From NCBI GenBank assembly GCA_973895155.1, contig OZ316894.1, positions 7,526,234 to 7,590,233 of the forward strand: DNA of 64,000 nt, in the 5' to 3' direction. A program made the translations under genes and the position numbers. Numbering within the stretch: position 1 is the first letter of the stretch; each line of letters starts with the position of its first letter. Source of the DNA: Marsupella aquatica. Taxonomy: Eukaryota; Plantae; Marchantiophyta. Under the pieces are notes generated by a model, which did not search any database, was not told the origin of the DNA, and saw only the letters and a program-made list of their open reading frames with translations. Positions 10,801 through 24,800 of this stretch are shown in pieces.

Positions 10801-13800
10801 AGAGAATGGTCAATGGGAAGGATGCGCCACACAAACAGTTCACACCCTGTGGTTGTCTTTTTACTTGCGGGAAGCAGTGTCCATGTCAGCTTAGTGGCAC
10901 CTGTTGCGAAAAGTACTGCGGGTAGGAACCCTTGGCCCTTCGAGCAGATTTTATACAAAAAGCTTTGATTGTGTTCCTGAGATTGGTAGTATGATTGAGA
11001 TTCTAGATCATACTAGGTCGGAGTTTTTTGTTCAATCTACGAAGTGATGGAGCAGCCGATTAGTCTTCCCTGTTATAACAGAACTTCACTGGTTACTGTT
11101 CCTGGCAAATATTATGCCAGTATGTTGTGGAGATATTTTGGAGCTCTAGGTTGCTACGTGGACCCAGTGTTCATTGCTCTCCGTGGCTCTCAAAGTTATG
11201 GTTGTCCCTGCAGGTGTGCGAAGAGTTGCAAGAATAGATTTCGTGGGTGTCACTGTGCAAAAAGCCAGTGTTGTAGCCGGCAGTGCCCTTGCTTTGCTGC
11301 AAACCGAGAGTGTGATCCTGACGTTTGCCGAAACTGCTGGATAGGGTAGGTCCTGGTTCCGCCAGCATTCATGTATCCTGTAATGGACCAAAGTGAAAAC
11401 GCTAATCTTAAGCTTTTCAGAAAGCGCAACGAACAACGTAAAACTGAAAAGAACTGCGCGGAAAACCCAAATGTGTGATAATAAAAAATATCTGTCGTAT
11501 GTAAATTTCCATCCGACCAGAGGACTTGTTAGCCCTGGAATAGTGAACTGAAATGCATGCTACGTGCACCAATCCATGATAGTGCTTGAATATGTCATGC
11601 CTTGGATCACTGTAGCCAGTAAGTGTCATGAGCCGTGGAAAGATCTTCCCTGTCTCTCGTTTCATAAGTTTTCTTTAAGGTCAAGTGTTGAGTCGTAATG
11701 GTCCTTGTCCATTGATAATCTAGAATACCCTTCTGATTTCCATATTTGGCCGTCCAAAGCGTTATGCTCTAAATTCTATACTGCAAAATTAACAGACATG
11801 ACGTGTGAGCGAGTTTCAGGTTAGACTTATGTGAGGGAAATATATAGGGCCGCTGTGCAGTTCGGAAACAGTCAATAGGTGGATTATGATCAGAGTTGAA
11901 CGATTGTGCTCGCCGACAAGTGTTTGTTTTGGTGATGTTACGAGCAGTAGTTTAAGATCGTCATTGTATCCTAATAACTTGTTTTTTATGATGATCAAGA
12001 TGTGGGGATGGTAAATTGGAGGGTCCTCCTCAAAGGGAAGACAAAGACAATTATCAGTGCCACAATATGAAGCTCTTGCTGAAGCAACAGCAGAGGGTGT
12101 GTACAGCTTGCCTTTAAGCGTACTGTCAAGTAGCTCAATGACTTTTGCTTTTGTCAAGTGGCTGAATGCATTATGTGGCCAAATATTTAGTAGTGAAGGG
12201 TTCTTAGTTGTTAAACAAATTGTCTTTGAGGTTAAGAGATAAGGTTCTGTGCGCCCTTAATCTTCTCGTAATGCTGGACTCAAGCAGGTGCTACTAAGCA
12301 GGTCTGATGTTGCTGGATGGGGCGCATTTTTGAAGGTTGGTGTAGCTCTGCTTTTCAACTTCACCACCTTCGAGCCAGAATTCGTTCTGTCCAAGTTGTG
12401 GTTTTACAGGAACCATGTCCTATGTCGTGAGATTTAATCATGTCAGACATTGAAGGTCTAAGTGTTGTTCATCATGCAGAACACAGTTAGCAAACATGAA
12501 TATTTGGGTGAGTACACCGGAGAGCTAATTTCACATCGAGAAGCTGACAAACGCGGCAAAATCTATGACCGTGAAAATTCATCGTTTCTTTTCAACCTTA
12601 ATGACCAGGTACATTGAGTATCTTTAACACTAGCCCCTTGTTTATGTACGCAGTTCGCCCTGGAAGTTATTGCTGTTAATTTGAGAACTAATCTGTTTGT
12701 ATAAACTACAGTGTCGAAGGTGAGGGAGCAATTGTCAGAGTAAATGTCAATTCCCCTCGTGTAGCTGCTTTCTTCTCGTTCTTGAGTGTCTCGATTGTAG
12801 AGGCTTAGATTGGAGGAATTCGTTTAGGATGATGGGCTGTCGTTCTGAAGATTTTGTGTGCTTCTTCGGTTACCAGATTTTGGAACAATAAGGCAGCCTC
12901 ATATGTATAAGAAAAATATTTCTTGTCTGTCAAACGTGCAATAACACAAGAATTGGAGTCAGATGGAGTTTTTGATTTCTTTTTCTTATTACTGTACAGA
13001 TTGCTTGTAGGATTGTAATGGCTCAAACTGATACGCTTTGTGTTAATATTTTTGAACACCTACATAGGTCACCGAACTAAGCCACAGTGATAATTAGTTG
13101 GACACTACTGAAATCGAGAAGGGTGAACAACGAAAGTTATAGTGTATTCTCGACGATGGTTTGAGTTGTAATTTGACGCATTGCCTTGTGCAGTATGTTC
13201 TTGATGCATGCCGAAAGGGAGATAAGCTCAAGTTTGCCAATCACTCTCCAAATCCCAATTGCTACGCGAAGGTAATGTAGCCTCAAAACAGAGTTAAGAT
13301 CATTTCACGGTATTGTGCCAATTGCTGGAAAACTAGCTCCAACTCTTACTTACTCTGAACTGGAATAAAACAAATAATCTCAGATAGAATTTTGCTGATG
13401 TGTGAATCAGGAGTCTTGGTTAGTATGGCGAAAGAGGTGCAGAATGGCTGAAGAATAGATCTAATCTAGAGTGCTAGTATGGTTTTTGTGATGTTGCTGT
13501 TAGACACTAGGACATCCAGGGGCGAGAAAAGCTTGTGTCCTGGTTTGATTAGTCGTGAATCATGTTCTTGCAAATGTGATGCCATTGTCACCGATGCTTG
13601 ACATTTTCTGTTACTATTGTAGATTATGATGGTAGCTGGCGATCACAGAGTAGGCATCTTTGCCAAGGAGCGGATTCTGGCAGGTGAGGAACTTTTCTAT
13701 GATTACCGTTATGAGGCTGATCGAGCTCCCGCGTGGGCCACGAGGGGGGAGGACAGCGGCAACGGTAAGAAGGATGACACAGGACCAAGTGAGCGTCGAT

Positions 13801-13817
13801 CTAAGCAAGCCTCTTGA
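4870..13817 (+). CDS. CLF: Enhancer of zeste / CURLY LEAF-family histone H3K27 methyltransferase (PRC2 catalytic subunit), about 1,274 aa
   Basis: Hand-assembled GT-AG exons: 4870-5007, 5553-5839, 6253-6414, 6664-6748, 7002-7280, 7501-7548, 7677-7748, 8214-9922, 10340-10487 (donor uncertain), 10704-10921, 11214-11345, 12000-12096, 12288-12335, 12480-12608, 13194-13271, 13623-13817. Phases are consistent. Hallmark motifs: [48 protein letters not shown] ([21 protein letters not shown]), CXC ([15 protein letters not shown]...[10 protein letters not shown]), SET ([46 protein letters not shown]). The exact E(z) paralogue cannot be determined without a phylogeny. Confidence 0.95.
5016..5385 (+). 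repeat. Degenerate tandem repeat of about 160 bp (about 2.5 units) filling E(z) intron 1
   Basis: A recurring ct(c/t)gt(c/t)attga...(c/t)cattt...tg(c/a)tt..aa block at about 5018, 5180 and 5340, and gaac(g/a)gagc(a/t)tggacat at about 5135 and 5294. Confidence 0.55.
8268..8621 (+). repeat. In-frame 177-bp (59-aa) tandem duplication inside E(z) exon 8
   Basis: [59 protein letters not shown] (8268-8444) versus [59 protein letters not shown] (8445-8621). Confidence 0.92.
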
Positions 13818-15478
13818 GAAATTTGAGGATACTAGATCTGTACGTCTTGTATTCAGAATCAGAGTCCTGCCAGGATCATTTAATTTTTAGCGTCATGTGA
13901 CCATTGCAATTTGAGAGTTAAGATCTGAGAATTTCATTCAATTTTCAGAGCCAACATTTTGACAGCGGCATCTATTTCAGAGTCAAGGTCCTGAGAGCAT
14001 CATCTAATTCGTTCAACATTATTTTTTCAAATAAAGTGGGAAGTGTGCATGCTTTACCACATCTATACGTCATTCATCAGTTACTAGTCCTGTGCTGTGT
14101 AGTGTTGAAAATATTATAGTGAATGGGTTCCACCTTGAAGTTGCGACTCATTCTCACCTCTTTTGTGGATACACGGAAAGTCTCTATGGTCAGATTTGAA
14201 CTTACCTCAATTGAGTCACCATATTCAACTTTTGCTTCAATTCTTCTTGGAAGCCTTGTAAGTTTCTTCAGAGTCTAATTCTCAGGATATCTAGCAGCTG
14301 TTCCAAGTTGATTTGACACATAATAGATGAATTGATCTTAAATGGCCTGAATCTCCAATGAAGGAAAATATGAGGTGCAAAGCTGCAAATATATCAAATT
14401 ACAGTTTCACGAGCTAAATGTGCTCCCTTTGGTGACGAGTTATTCTAATTGTGACGAATCTGTTCTTGCGTTTGTTCACTGATTGAATAGTAGAGGTAGG
14501 GACAGCTGGTGAACAGGAATTGAGGCTGTACCTATGACACTTGATTTTTCATATTTGTGTAAATCTCTTTTTGCCAATGTGGGATTTTCTCTGAATTTTA
14601 GGAAGGAATGTCAATTTCTGCAAGTGAGCATCCTAAACTGTAATGATGAGTGATGAGATGGCCATCACAATATGTCAACCATATCCAAGGGCAGCACATA
14701 TTTGAGTGATTAGAGTCTGACATTGATTCATTGGACATTTTACCCATCATTCAGTCGAACAAAATCTCCAGTTTCGTTTTCAAAACCAAATCACCAACAA
14801 TCTTAGCTATTCATTTTCAACCACATAGAATCTGACCTGATTTCTCCTTTGTTTGGACATTCTAGGTTTTTGTCCAACTACCAACAATCTTAGCTATGCA
14901 TTTCCAACCATATTTACTCCTTTCTCTCATAATGTATGAAGATCCCAGGTTTTATGTCAACCACTAGTAATCTCAGCTATGTATTTCCAATCTCAGCTAT
15001 GTATTTGTAATCACATTTAATCGGGCTAAACCTGATTTCTCCAAAACTATAGTAAACCTGATTTCTCCAAAACTATAGTGAATATTCAGTTCCTGACCTT
15101 TTATTCATATGTATGGACACCCAAATTTATGTTCAGATTTCTTTGCCCTACTTCTGAGTGCAACACTTATGCCTTGATTTTCTCTACAGCTTACTCAATG
15201 AACCTCAAGTGCCAATCCAAAAAACTTTCTTGATGAAGATCTATATTATTTGCATATCCAAGCTTGCCCAATGGAAACAACATACCTTCATTTGTAGGTG
15301 GTAACCTCATAGATTAGAATCATCTTATTATTACTTTCTTAGCACTTATGTAACCCAATAACCTCATGGATGTAAAACCAATAAACTCATATATAAATCA
15401 GCATATAATTACTTTCTCAATTCTTATAGAAATTTAATAATCTCTTAGATTAGTATCATCTGGTTTTTTTACCTTCTT

Positions 15479-15698
15479 AATGCTTCATTCAAGGAGAGAA
15501 CCTTGTAAGTAGAAAGTGCATCATAAATTTAAGAGTACCTTATGCAGTTGGTGGAAATATCAAAGATTATGCATAGTGTGCCAAATGGTAATGCTTCAAT
15601 CAAGGAAAGAACCTTGTAAGTAGAAAGTGCATCATAAATTTAAGAGTACTTACGCAGTTGGTGGAAATATCAAAGATTATGCAGTGTGCCAAAATGGT
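15479..15698 (+). repeat. Tandem duplication of about 111 bp
   Basis: aatgcttca..caagga.agaaccttgtaagtagaaagtgcatcataaatttaagagtac.tta.gcagttggtggaaatatcaaagattatgca...gtgtgccaaa occurs twice. Shorter duplications lie nearby (26 bp at about 15027-15079; about 82 bp at 16480-16640). Confidence 0.85.
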
Positions 15699-17129
15699 GA
15701 TGTTATCCTGTCAGGATGATATGTGATGATTATCCACTAATAAACTCCATGAAAGGACATGAAACACTTAAGTTACAAAATGTTTGGGGATGTGGAGCTC
15801 TGAACCAATCATGTTGCTGAATATCAATTTTTGAATAACTAACAACAAGCGTTTTTCAGAGGATACATCAACCAGATTACTTGACCCATAATATTCCTAA
15901 CTTATGCTCTACTGTGGGTAAATTTAGTTTAATATAACTGCATGTACTATGGTTAGAAACTAGCCACAGCTGACCTAAAAAAACAAGATAAAGCGATTGC
16001 TGCCCATATGTCAATTGTATGACCATTTTCCCCCAATTTTCCTAGTCCTTAAGGTAAATAGTAAATCCTATTTAATACAGACCGATATTCTATGCAAACA
16101 TCAACAACACAAAGTAGGATACATGGATTTTAGCATACAATATATATATTTTTGAAACAAATACAAAATGGGCATTCAAATATCAGGTAAAACATTCAAA
16201 AAGGAAGAAGCTGAAGCCTAGGTTAGGACACCAATTGAGATCTGTGTATCCCATTAAAGTCATATTCAAACATGGGGATTCATGGACCGGAAATGAAAGA
16301 ACTCACCAATAGTTTACTCGACAACTTTAATTTGGAATTTACAGAGGGATGCATCAAATAATCCTCTTTTGCATTCAAACAAGGACTTTAGTGCACCAAA
16401 GATGATATTTAGAGATTAGAGTTTACTCATACATAGTGAGATTCATCAAAGAATCATACTTTGTATTGACATGTTTTATTTCAAGGATAAAAAAAGTGGC
16501 CATGTGAATGGAATTTTAGGAATCTCAAGTGGGATCTGTGGGTCCCATAATTTTGGTTTTACTTCAAGGATAAAAAATGTGGCGATGTGAATAGAATTTT
16601 AGGAATCTCAAGTGGGATCTATGGGTCCCACAATTCTGGCATTACAACATTTATTTTAATTAGAGATTCTGAAACATTTTCTTAAATTAGAACTTCCATT
16701 CAAGAGCGTGATGAAAACCGTACGAATACCAAGTGACGGACCCCATGGAAAGTTCTTTAATTATTCCAAAATCCTGGCACAATGTGCAACCACAACATCA
16801 AGTACTTTTGGTCACAAACAAGAGTAGTAATGATTCTAACAGAAAACAAACACAACTGTTCATGTTTGATGCAAGGCAAGCAAAAATAGTTAGACACAAT
16901 AATGGTCACCAGATCAACAATCAATGGGGTAAAACAAAGTAAGTAGTTTGATGTCAAGATTATCAGGGATATATCCATGTTTTGATTTTTGCAAATTTCT
17001 GAAAAGCCAACTGATAGAAATGTAAATAATTAGAATCAAGAACCCTTAGTACCCTTAATTCTAATTATTGATCTCCTTAGCCAATCGATCTCCTTAGTGC
17101 TTCATGATCTTCATAAATTTATAATCACT

Positions 17130-18000
17130 TTACTACTTGACAAAATCTGCCAATATTAAGGTCATTAGGAAGTTCAATAAATTCAGAATCTCATGATCTC
17201 TTGAGTATTTGACAAACTCTGGTGATCATTGGCAAGCTAAGAAATTCCTGACCAAATCTATCAATGTAAGGCTCATGGGAAACCTAGAAAACTCTCTTTA
17301 GACCTGGAGTAAATCTCTCAATGTCACACATTGGAAAGCTAGAGAAATTTGGAGACTTATCATCTAACTTGTTAGTAGTAGACAAAATTTTCAGACATGA
17401 AATCTATCAATGTCAGGTTCATTGGGAAATTAAAGAAATTAAAAATATATGGTCTCATCAGTACTTGATGGAGCCTCCCAATGTCACATTCATTGGAAAG
17501 CTAGAGAAATTCAACACTCATAATCTCCTTAGTATGTGACCAAATTGTCAATGTGAGGCTTACTTATTGGAACCTAGCCAATTCTAAAAGTCATGATCTC
17601 TTTAATTAGTACTTGACAAAACCTGCCAATGTCTCTGATTGGACTGCTCTTTCCAAAACATTTCTACAAGTCTAAGCACAAATGGTTTCATTAAAAGATG
17701 AGTGAAAAATTCAAATAATTATTCCTAGTTGACAACATAGCTAAATTTTGGAGCAATTTAGCAATTCGTGCGCTCTTCAATACTTGGCAAAATCTGACAA
17801 TGTTAGTCTCATTAAAATATATGTTTTCCAACAAGGTTCTAAAATATCTAAGCATGAAATGTTTCATTGCAACATCGGGGAAAATTTTGGAATTGTTATT
17901 TGTTGGCTCTAGCTAGAGTGTAAAATTTTTATAATCTCTTTGATACTTGATGATATCAATTTGACAATGTTAAGCTCATTGGAAAGCTCTGTCCAAAATG
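17130..18000 (+). repeat. Degenerate AT-rich minisatellite-like array
   Basis: The motif acttgacaaaatctg.caatgt.aggctcattggaaagctagagaaatt recurs with variation at about 17135, 17207, 17250, 17320, 17400, 17463, 17537, 17610, 17782 and 17960. Confidence 0.6.
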
Positions 18001-18879
18001 TTTTAAGCATTGTAAGCAAACCTTGGAAAGGTTTCATCTATAAGCTAAGGTCATAGTTAGACAATGATTTGGAGGCAAGTAGGAGATAAACAATGAAGCA
18101 AAACATGGAAAAGATCCAAGATTGAAGTTGATATCTAGGCAATTAGCTCAATAGAAGTGACTCAGAATTAGGGGAAAACATGATGAGCACTTATATGGAG
18201 ATCCAATGCTTTATATATCTTATGTTTGAGGCCTGGACCCCCACTCTTAATTAATATGTGGAGGATGTGCAAACACTTGAAGGCTAATTTTTATTATATA
18301 TCTTGAAGTAATTGTCTAAATAATTATTGGTAACAAGGGAACTTCTTGTAGTAATATAAAGATAACAAGGGGTAAAAGGGAAGGGGTCATTATTGCAAGC
18401 GGACAATTTTATTTAACTCAAAGTAAGGGCTCACAAGTTACTAAGTAAGCTCATTCAAATGTGCTTTACCTTTTGGGTCTCTCTATGATAGGTGGTCATT
18501 TAAGACTCACTATGGGCTTTACCTTTTGGGTCTCTCTATGACTTCTCTCCCCTAGGGAATCACTTAGAGTAAAACACCTAAAACACATGAGAACAAACCA
18601 ATGAAAGTTGAAAAAATTAATTAAAAGATTAATTCAACTAAAAATACCCTTGTACCCTTTATTATACTACTTGACAAATTCTTAAATACCTTGCTCAATC
18701 TAAAAACTAACATTTTTACCAAAATTGGATTTTAAAATGCCTTTAGTATAAGTTCCTGATTATGATTATTACCCCAACAAGATTAAAAATAACCTTCATT
18801 TGTTTGCACCGTGTTCTAATAATCAGTGTCTCTCTTGTTGAATTTAAGAACCGCTATTAGTAGGGAGGCGAGGGGATAA

Positions 18880-21800
18880 TAGTGGTGGACCTAACCACCC
18901 ATCGCTCCCTCGAGCTCCCTCACCAATCCCAGCAATCTTGCCTAAGTGCCCTTGGTGCCCAAACGCCTAGTACACCAAACTCCTTGAGCAAGCAACTTGT
19001 TACCTCGAGCACCACTAGCGGCAACTCCCATGTACAAAACCACACTTGCTCCCTAACACGACCGTCACTCAACAATCGTCACTGTGTGCACAAGCAACCA
19101 AACACCTTGGTAAGTAACCCATCCGGATCTAGGAACTCCATTCAAGACTAGTGTCTCGATTCAGCTCAATAGATGATGGTAAGTAGGTCAGCAAATAGAA
19201 TCTCCCGGGCCTGCGCAGCCTTGCCATAAGCCAAAGCCATAGTTGACACCCCACTGTTTTTTCATAATAGCCCCTCTATAGGGTGTTTCCGCCTTTGTTT
19301 CCCCACTTCTTATTAGTGGTAGACCAAGCCACCCAGTGCCCTCACCAATCCCAGCACCCACGCCTAAGTGTCCTTGGTGCCCGAACGCCTTCACGAAATA
19401 CCTTAAGCAAGAAACTCAATGCCCCTTGCACCGCTTAGTACGGCTTTCCCATAAGAAGCCGTACTTGCTCCCTAACGTAACCATCGCTCAATGGTCTTCA
19501 CTGTCTGCACAAGCAACCAAGTACTTCGGTAAGTAACCCAATAGGATCTAGATCTCCCCAAGTCTAGCATTCTAACTCAAGCTCAGCAAACGTTGGTAAG
19601 TATGTTAGTGATAGGTACTCCCGATGCCATAACCCAGAACCAGAACTGACACCCACTGTTCGTCTAGAACCGCTCCTTACTTGGGTGCAGTCTGGGTTCC
19701 CCCTCGTACCTATCCATCACCAACTGACCGCCTTGCCCCCAAGAATGCTCATGGCCCAAGTAGCGTAGCTTGTCCTAAAGCTTGTCGCAAGCTTGTCCCA
19801 ACACGTCCGGGAACACGTTGGGACCAGAACGGCCCTGACTCTAGCAACCAACTTCTGGTTCTCGTCTGCTGGTAGCCTAGGAGCCAAGTGCACTTGGAAC
19901 TCATCCTCCATGCCTACTTGGCCTTGCCTCCCCAACGCAAGCTCCCTTGGGAGACTGAATGCGGCTTGGCTGCTGTTTCGGTAGGATTTGGCAAGCTGGT
20001 GAGCTAGCCCCCGCAAACCCCAAAAATCCATGGCACCCCTAGTAGACCCAGCTGAGCTCAGGATGATGTAGTCCTCCTTGAGAGCTTTCCAATGCACTCA
20101 AGAAGTCTTCCGATTCTGTTTGGTGTTTTCTCTTAGTGTTGCGACCGCCGTGGCTCACGACTTCGGCTTGCCCTTAGCCCCCAGGGAGACATCACTCCCC
20201 TCATATATGCTTCTGGAGACCTGCCACCCCCGGACCTACTTTGGTCCCCAAAATTTTGGCCCCCAACCTAGACCCCAACCCGCATGTCTAGGCGCATCAC
20301 CAATTGGCAATGCCCATAACTTTCTAGTTATGTGTCCGTAAGCAAAGTGCCTTAGCCCGTTGTGATCGGGCCGATGCTCATACCTAGGTCCTCAGATCCC
20401 GTTGCCGCCCAAGACCCCCGATCAGCCAAACCTAGATTGGGCCATAACTCGTGCCCCAAGCGTCCATTGCCCATGAAGTGAACTCCATTGGCCTTGGGCC
20501 CAAGAGGAGCTCTAACTCAAGCCCTCAAAACTCAATGTCCGTTTGGGAGTCCGGATGGTCGACCTTGAGCTCCGAGGCCCTTTCCTCTTGACCCAACCAG
20601 CCCTCCACTAGTCTGAGTCTTTAGTGTGTGTCACCAACTTAGCGCCTTGCCTTTGCCAGTGCCACACCCCATTGCCCACAAGTCTCCCCATGCTAAGTCC
20701 TCTCCGGATGGCCGTTCCGGGCCTGTACCATAGGGGAGCTCGTTGTTGGAGTCAGCAACGCTGGAGCTAAGTGTTTAGGTACTCAAGTTCCACAACTTTA
20801 TTTGTCACTAGCTGACCGCCCTATCCCCAACACATGCTCATGGCCAAAATAAGCTAGCTTGTCCCCAAGCTTGTCCTAAACGTAGGGACCAGTTCGACCC
20901 AAACTCTAGCAACCATCTTCAAGGTACCAACTCAACCAAGAGTCTGAGGGCCAAATGCACAAGTTTGGACCTCAACATCCATGCCTACTCTACCATTGCC
21001 TCCCCAACGCAAGCCCGAACGCAAGCTCCATTGGGAATCTGAACGCGGCTTGGCTGTTATCTTGGCAGGATTTGGCAAGCGGGTGAGATAGCTCCCAGAA
21101 ACCTCAAGACCTAAAGGCATCCCTAGACCCAATTAATCTCAGGAGGATTTAGTCAAACTCAAGAGATTTCCAATGCATCCAAGAAGTCTTCCAACATATT
21201 TCATATTGAGAAGATATTGTTGTTTCAGTTTGACTTTTCTCCTTAGTGTCGCGACCGCTGCAACTCTTGACTTGGGCTTGTCTTTGGCCCCTAGAGAGAC
21301 ATCGCTCCCCTCATATACCCGCTCATATATACAAGTTCTGGAAACCTGCCACCCGCAAACTAGCTTTGGTCCCCTATGTTTGGCCGTCAACCTGGTCTCC
21401 AACCCAATCGTATGCCTGGACACACAATGAACTTGCTATGCCCTTAACTTTCTAGCTAGACGTCCGTAAGTGAAGTGCCATAGCCCGTTGTGATTGGTCC
21501 GACCCAATAATCATACCTAGGCCCTCATATGCTCTTGTTAGGCGGGGGTCCCGAACGGCCACACTTGAACAACGTCGTATCTCATGTGCCAAATGTTTGT
21601 TGCGCATGAAGTAAATTCCTTAGCCTTGGGCCCAAGTGGAGTTCTCACTTAAGCCCTTAATTAGAACTCAAAATATTTCTAGGGGTCCGGATGGTCCTTT
21701 CTGAGCCCGGCCCTTTGCATGACCTGACCAGCTCCCACGCTAGTCTAAGTCTTTAGTGCGTGTCATCAACTTAGCATAACTATTGCCCTTGCTAGTGCAA

Positions 21801-21885
21801 TGCTTTGTTGCCCACAGTTAGTCTAGCGTGGGACCATAGAGGAGCTTGGCATTGGAGTCAGTGATGCCAGAGCTAAGTGTTAGGG
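18880..21885. repeat. GC-richer block built of two diverged tandem duplications (about 0.37 kb x2, then about 1.08 kb x2); probable decayed TE
   Basis: 18880-19258 resembles 19314-19660 (ccctcaccaatcccagca...gcctaagtg.ccttggtgccc.aacgcct). 19717-20779 resembles 20804-21885 (tcac.a.ctgaccgcc...atgctcatggcc ... ttggagtcag...gagctaagtgtt). No recognisable protein motif. Confidence 0.75.
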
Positions 21886-24800
21886 ATTGCTAAGAGATGG
21901 AAAATTAAGTGATTGATCCCCACTTAACTTGTGAGATAAAATATATAAATTGACTTACTTCAATATCACACCCATTCTTCAACTTACTGTTTTTAGTAAT
22001 TTATAAGGTAACATTTGTTAATTCATAATTGTTAGACAAAATGCTTTGGATATTTTATAGCCTCATATTTACATTGCAGCCCACATTGAAGTGTGGCTTT
22101 ATGTTTGTGCTTTCTAGAATCTCTTAGAAATCACATGTTTACAGGCATGACAATGCAAGCAATATTAATTTGCTGACATTCCCTTCTTGTTGAGCATGGT
22201 AAAGTAGCATTCATCATGTCAGAATTAGAATGTTGCATTAAGATGCAATGGAACTTGTGCTAGTTGGGGTCATTGAGTTCTGGTGACAATAAATTACTCG
22301 GTGGGTAGTGTGTAGTGTAGCAACGATCAATTTAGATCGTCCACTATTTTGGAGTTTGTTGGTGCATTGAGTGAAGACTGGGACAGCAAGCTAGGTGGTT
22401 TTAACTATTGAAGCTTAAAGCAAAAGGGTAGAGTTTCCATGGAGCTAAGTCTAGTAGGAACAGCAGACATAGAAGTAGAGTACTGTTTCTGTTTTAGTAG
22501 ATTGAAAGGATCACTGAAATTGGGTAAAAAATAAGATAACTGTAGGTGGTTGCAAGGAAGCCAAACTCACAATTTGATGAGTGAAGTGAGAGTCATCATG
22601 ACCATCAGAAATATTTCTGCTGTAGCCAAAGTGACCAGTAGACATTGTCACTGGATTTGAATGTTTTGTTGCATACCTCAGAAATGCAAAATGGATAAGG
22701 TTTGGCTCCTAAAATGAAGCTATAATATATAACAAAGTTATAGTCAGAGTTACTTTCTGAGGTTTAGCAACGCAACATGGTTGAGTTTTATGGGGCTATG
22801 AAGTTCCTGTCCAATCCTTGGAGAGAGAGTCAAGACTTAATAAGTTACAGGACCATTAAGCTAGACAAAATTGAAGGGGGCAAACAGGGATCCCAAACGA
22901 ACCCAAAGAAAAAACAAAGATAACACATGACCACTAAAACCTGAGACAAGCCCACAGACCATTAAAAGCAAAGAAAAAACAAGTTCAACAGACAATCTAA
23001 AAAACCTGAGAAGAGCAAACATATTGTAGAATGGGCTTCAGATTGGGTCGGCACCAAATAATATTGAAATTTTAGGCAGAGTAGGATAAAGCAAGTTATA
23101 TCCATCTACCACCTCACAAAATGATTTTCTGGACATAGTCATGTGAGAGTAAAATTTTATGAACTCAAATCCAACAATCCATGGATTTAGGTCAAGTCAA
23201 AACGCACGTTTCTGAGATCACAATCATGCAAACCTTTAAGAACTAATTTCTTAAAAGTCGTCGACTCCAATTCGTGCGAACAAGCCCTCTTGTACGTTTC
23301 ACTCAATCGTGCGAACAAGCCCTCTTTTACGTTTCATATACGTGTCTGATTGCATGCCTCATCCAAAGCGTGTGGGATTGAAGGTAGACCATAGTCGGGA
23401 GAAGCAAGCAAGGGGGGCGGTAGGCAAGCAAGCAATTAACCAAGCCGGCAATGCCAAAAACTACGCCAAATCTGTTATAAAATCGTTGAATTTCCACAGC
23501 TGAAGAACAAACCGCGTGTTCAACAAGTTGTAGAGCACCCAGTCTTTCTCTCTTTCGCAGCTCACTCACTGCATTCGATTGACTTGGACTGGATTGTAGC
23601 TAGAGTAGCAAGCTCGGCAGAATATTTAGACGGAAAGGGACGTGAGATGAGTCATCGAGTGGCGAACTGCTGCTATTACGGCAGCTACAGGGACTCGATC
23701 ATTCTGTAGTAGTTACGCGCGCCGAGTGGTGATTAATGCCGAGTGTGAGCGAGGTCTTTGTTCTGGTATGGGTACTGGACTACTGGTACTGTAGTTACTC
23801 GACCTTCTGAATGGCTTGAATAATGAAAAGAACGAACTCATTGGAGATCAGGAGTCGGTGGATATTCAGAGTCATAAAGTATATGTTTCTCTGCATGATC
23901 GCTAAAGCCAGCCGGCCCGTGAGTACTGTAGCTTTCTCGTTAGATAGGCAGTACCTGATAGAATATGGGGTCGGTCTTGAACTAATCGATCGTTTTATAT
24001 AATGTTTCGTGCAATACAGTGAGTCAGCTCTCATGGTCGCTTTTGGTGTTGACCACATTGTCCGATGTGTTCAATCAGAGCCAGATTTCAAAGCATCGAA
24101 TCAGTGATGAGTCTGATTCCATTCTTGTGAGTACACATCTGTAACTTATGAGCAGGTCGGAGTTCGGTGCTGGGTCAAACATTCATGAATGGTTATTTAT
24201 CGCGCCTTGTAACAGTAAGTTAGAGAAGTCGAAAAAGCCGGGAGTAATACTAAACCCTAAACTTGAAACCCCAAGTCGAAAGTAATACTGCAGAACACAT
24301 CGGATAGCTTTCTGTGCATTTGAAAGAACTGTGTCTTCAATGAGGAACATAGCCTAATTTCTGTATGAGGAAAGTCAGATAATGAGTGCAAATCCAATTG
24401 CTCCAGATCTGGCTGCATACCTTGTACGGGACCTTGTAGCTATGTATGACCTAGCTTCAGGTACGAATTGCTCATGATGAACTAACAGTGTTCCTAGAGA
24501 TAAGATTGAGAAGGGGGTAGCTAACAAACCTTTCAGGTAGCTCAACTATTGAAGCGAGCCAGCAGAGTTCTCGTTCACGCAAGCTTTGGCTTTTGCTTGG
24601 TTCTATCGGGACAAAAAAATTCCCTCTTCTTGTTGTCCTTACTTCGTTTGCACTCTGTCAGTGAATTTGTTGGTTTTTCTTCCCCTTACATCAACTCAAT
24701 ATGTCTACTTCGTACGTGTTGTGTCTTAACAATCATTCATGAACTGCAGCACATGCAAGACATTTACTACATGTCACGTTTTCCCTCTCGTACTTTATAT

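Noticed and set aside
23583-23600. cttggactg seed resembling the start of miR319
   Set aside because: The match stops after about 9 nt and no complementary arm is visible.
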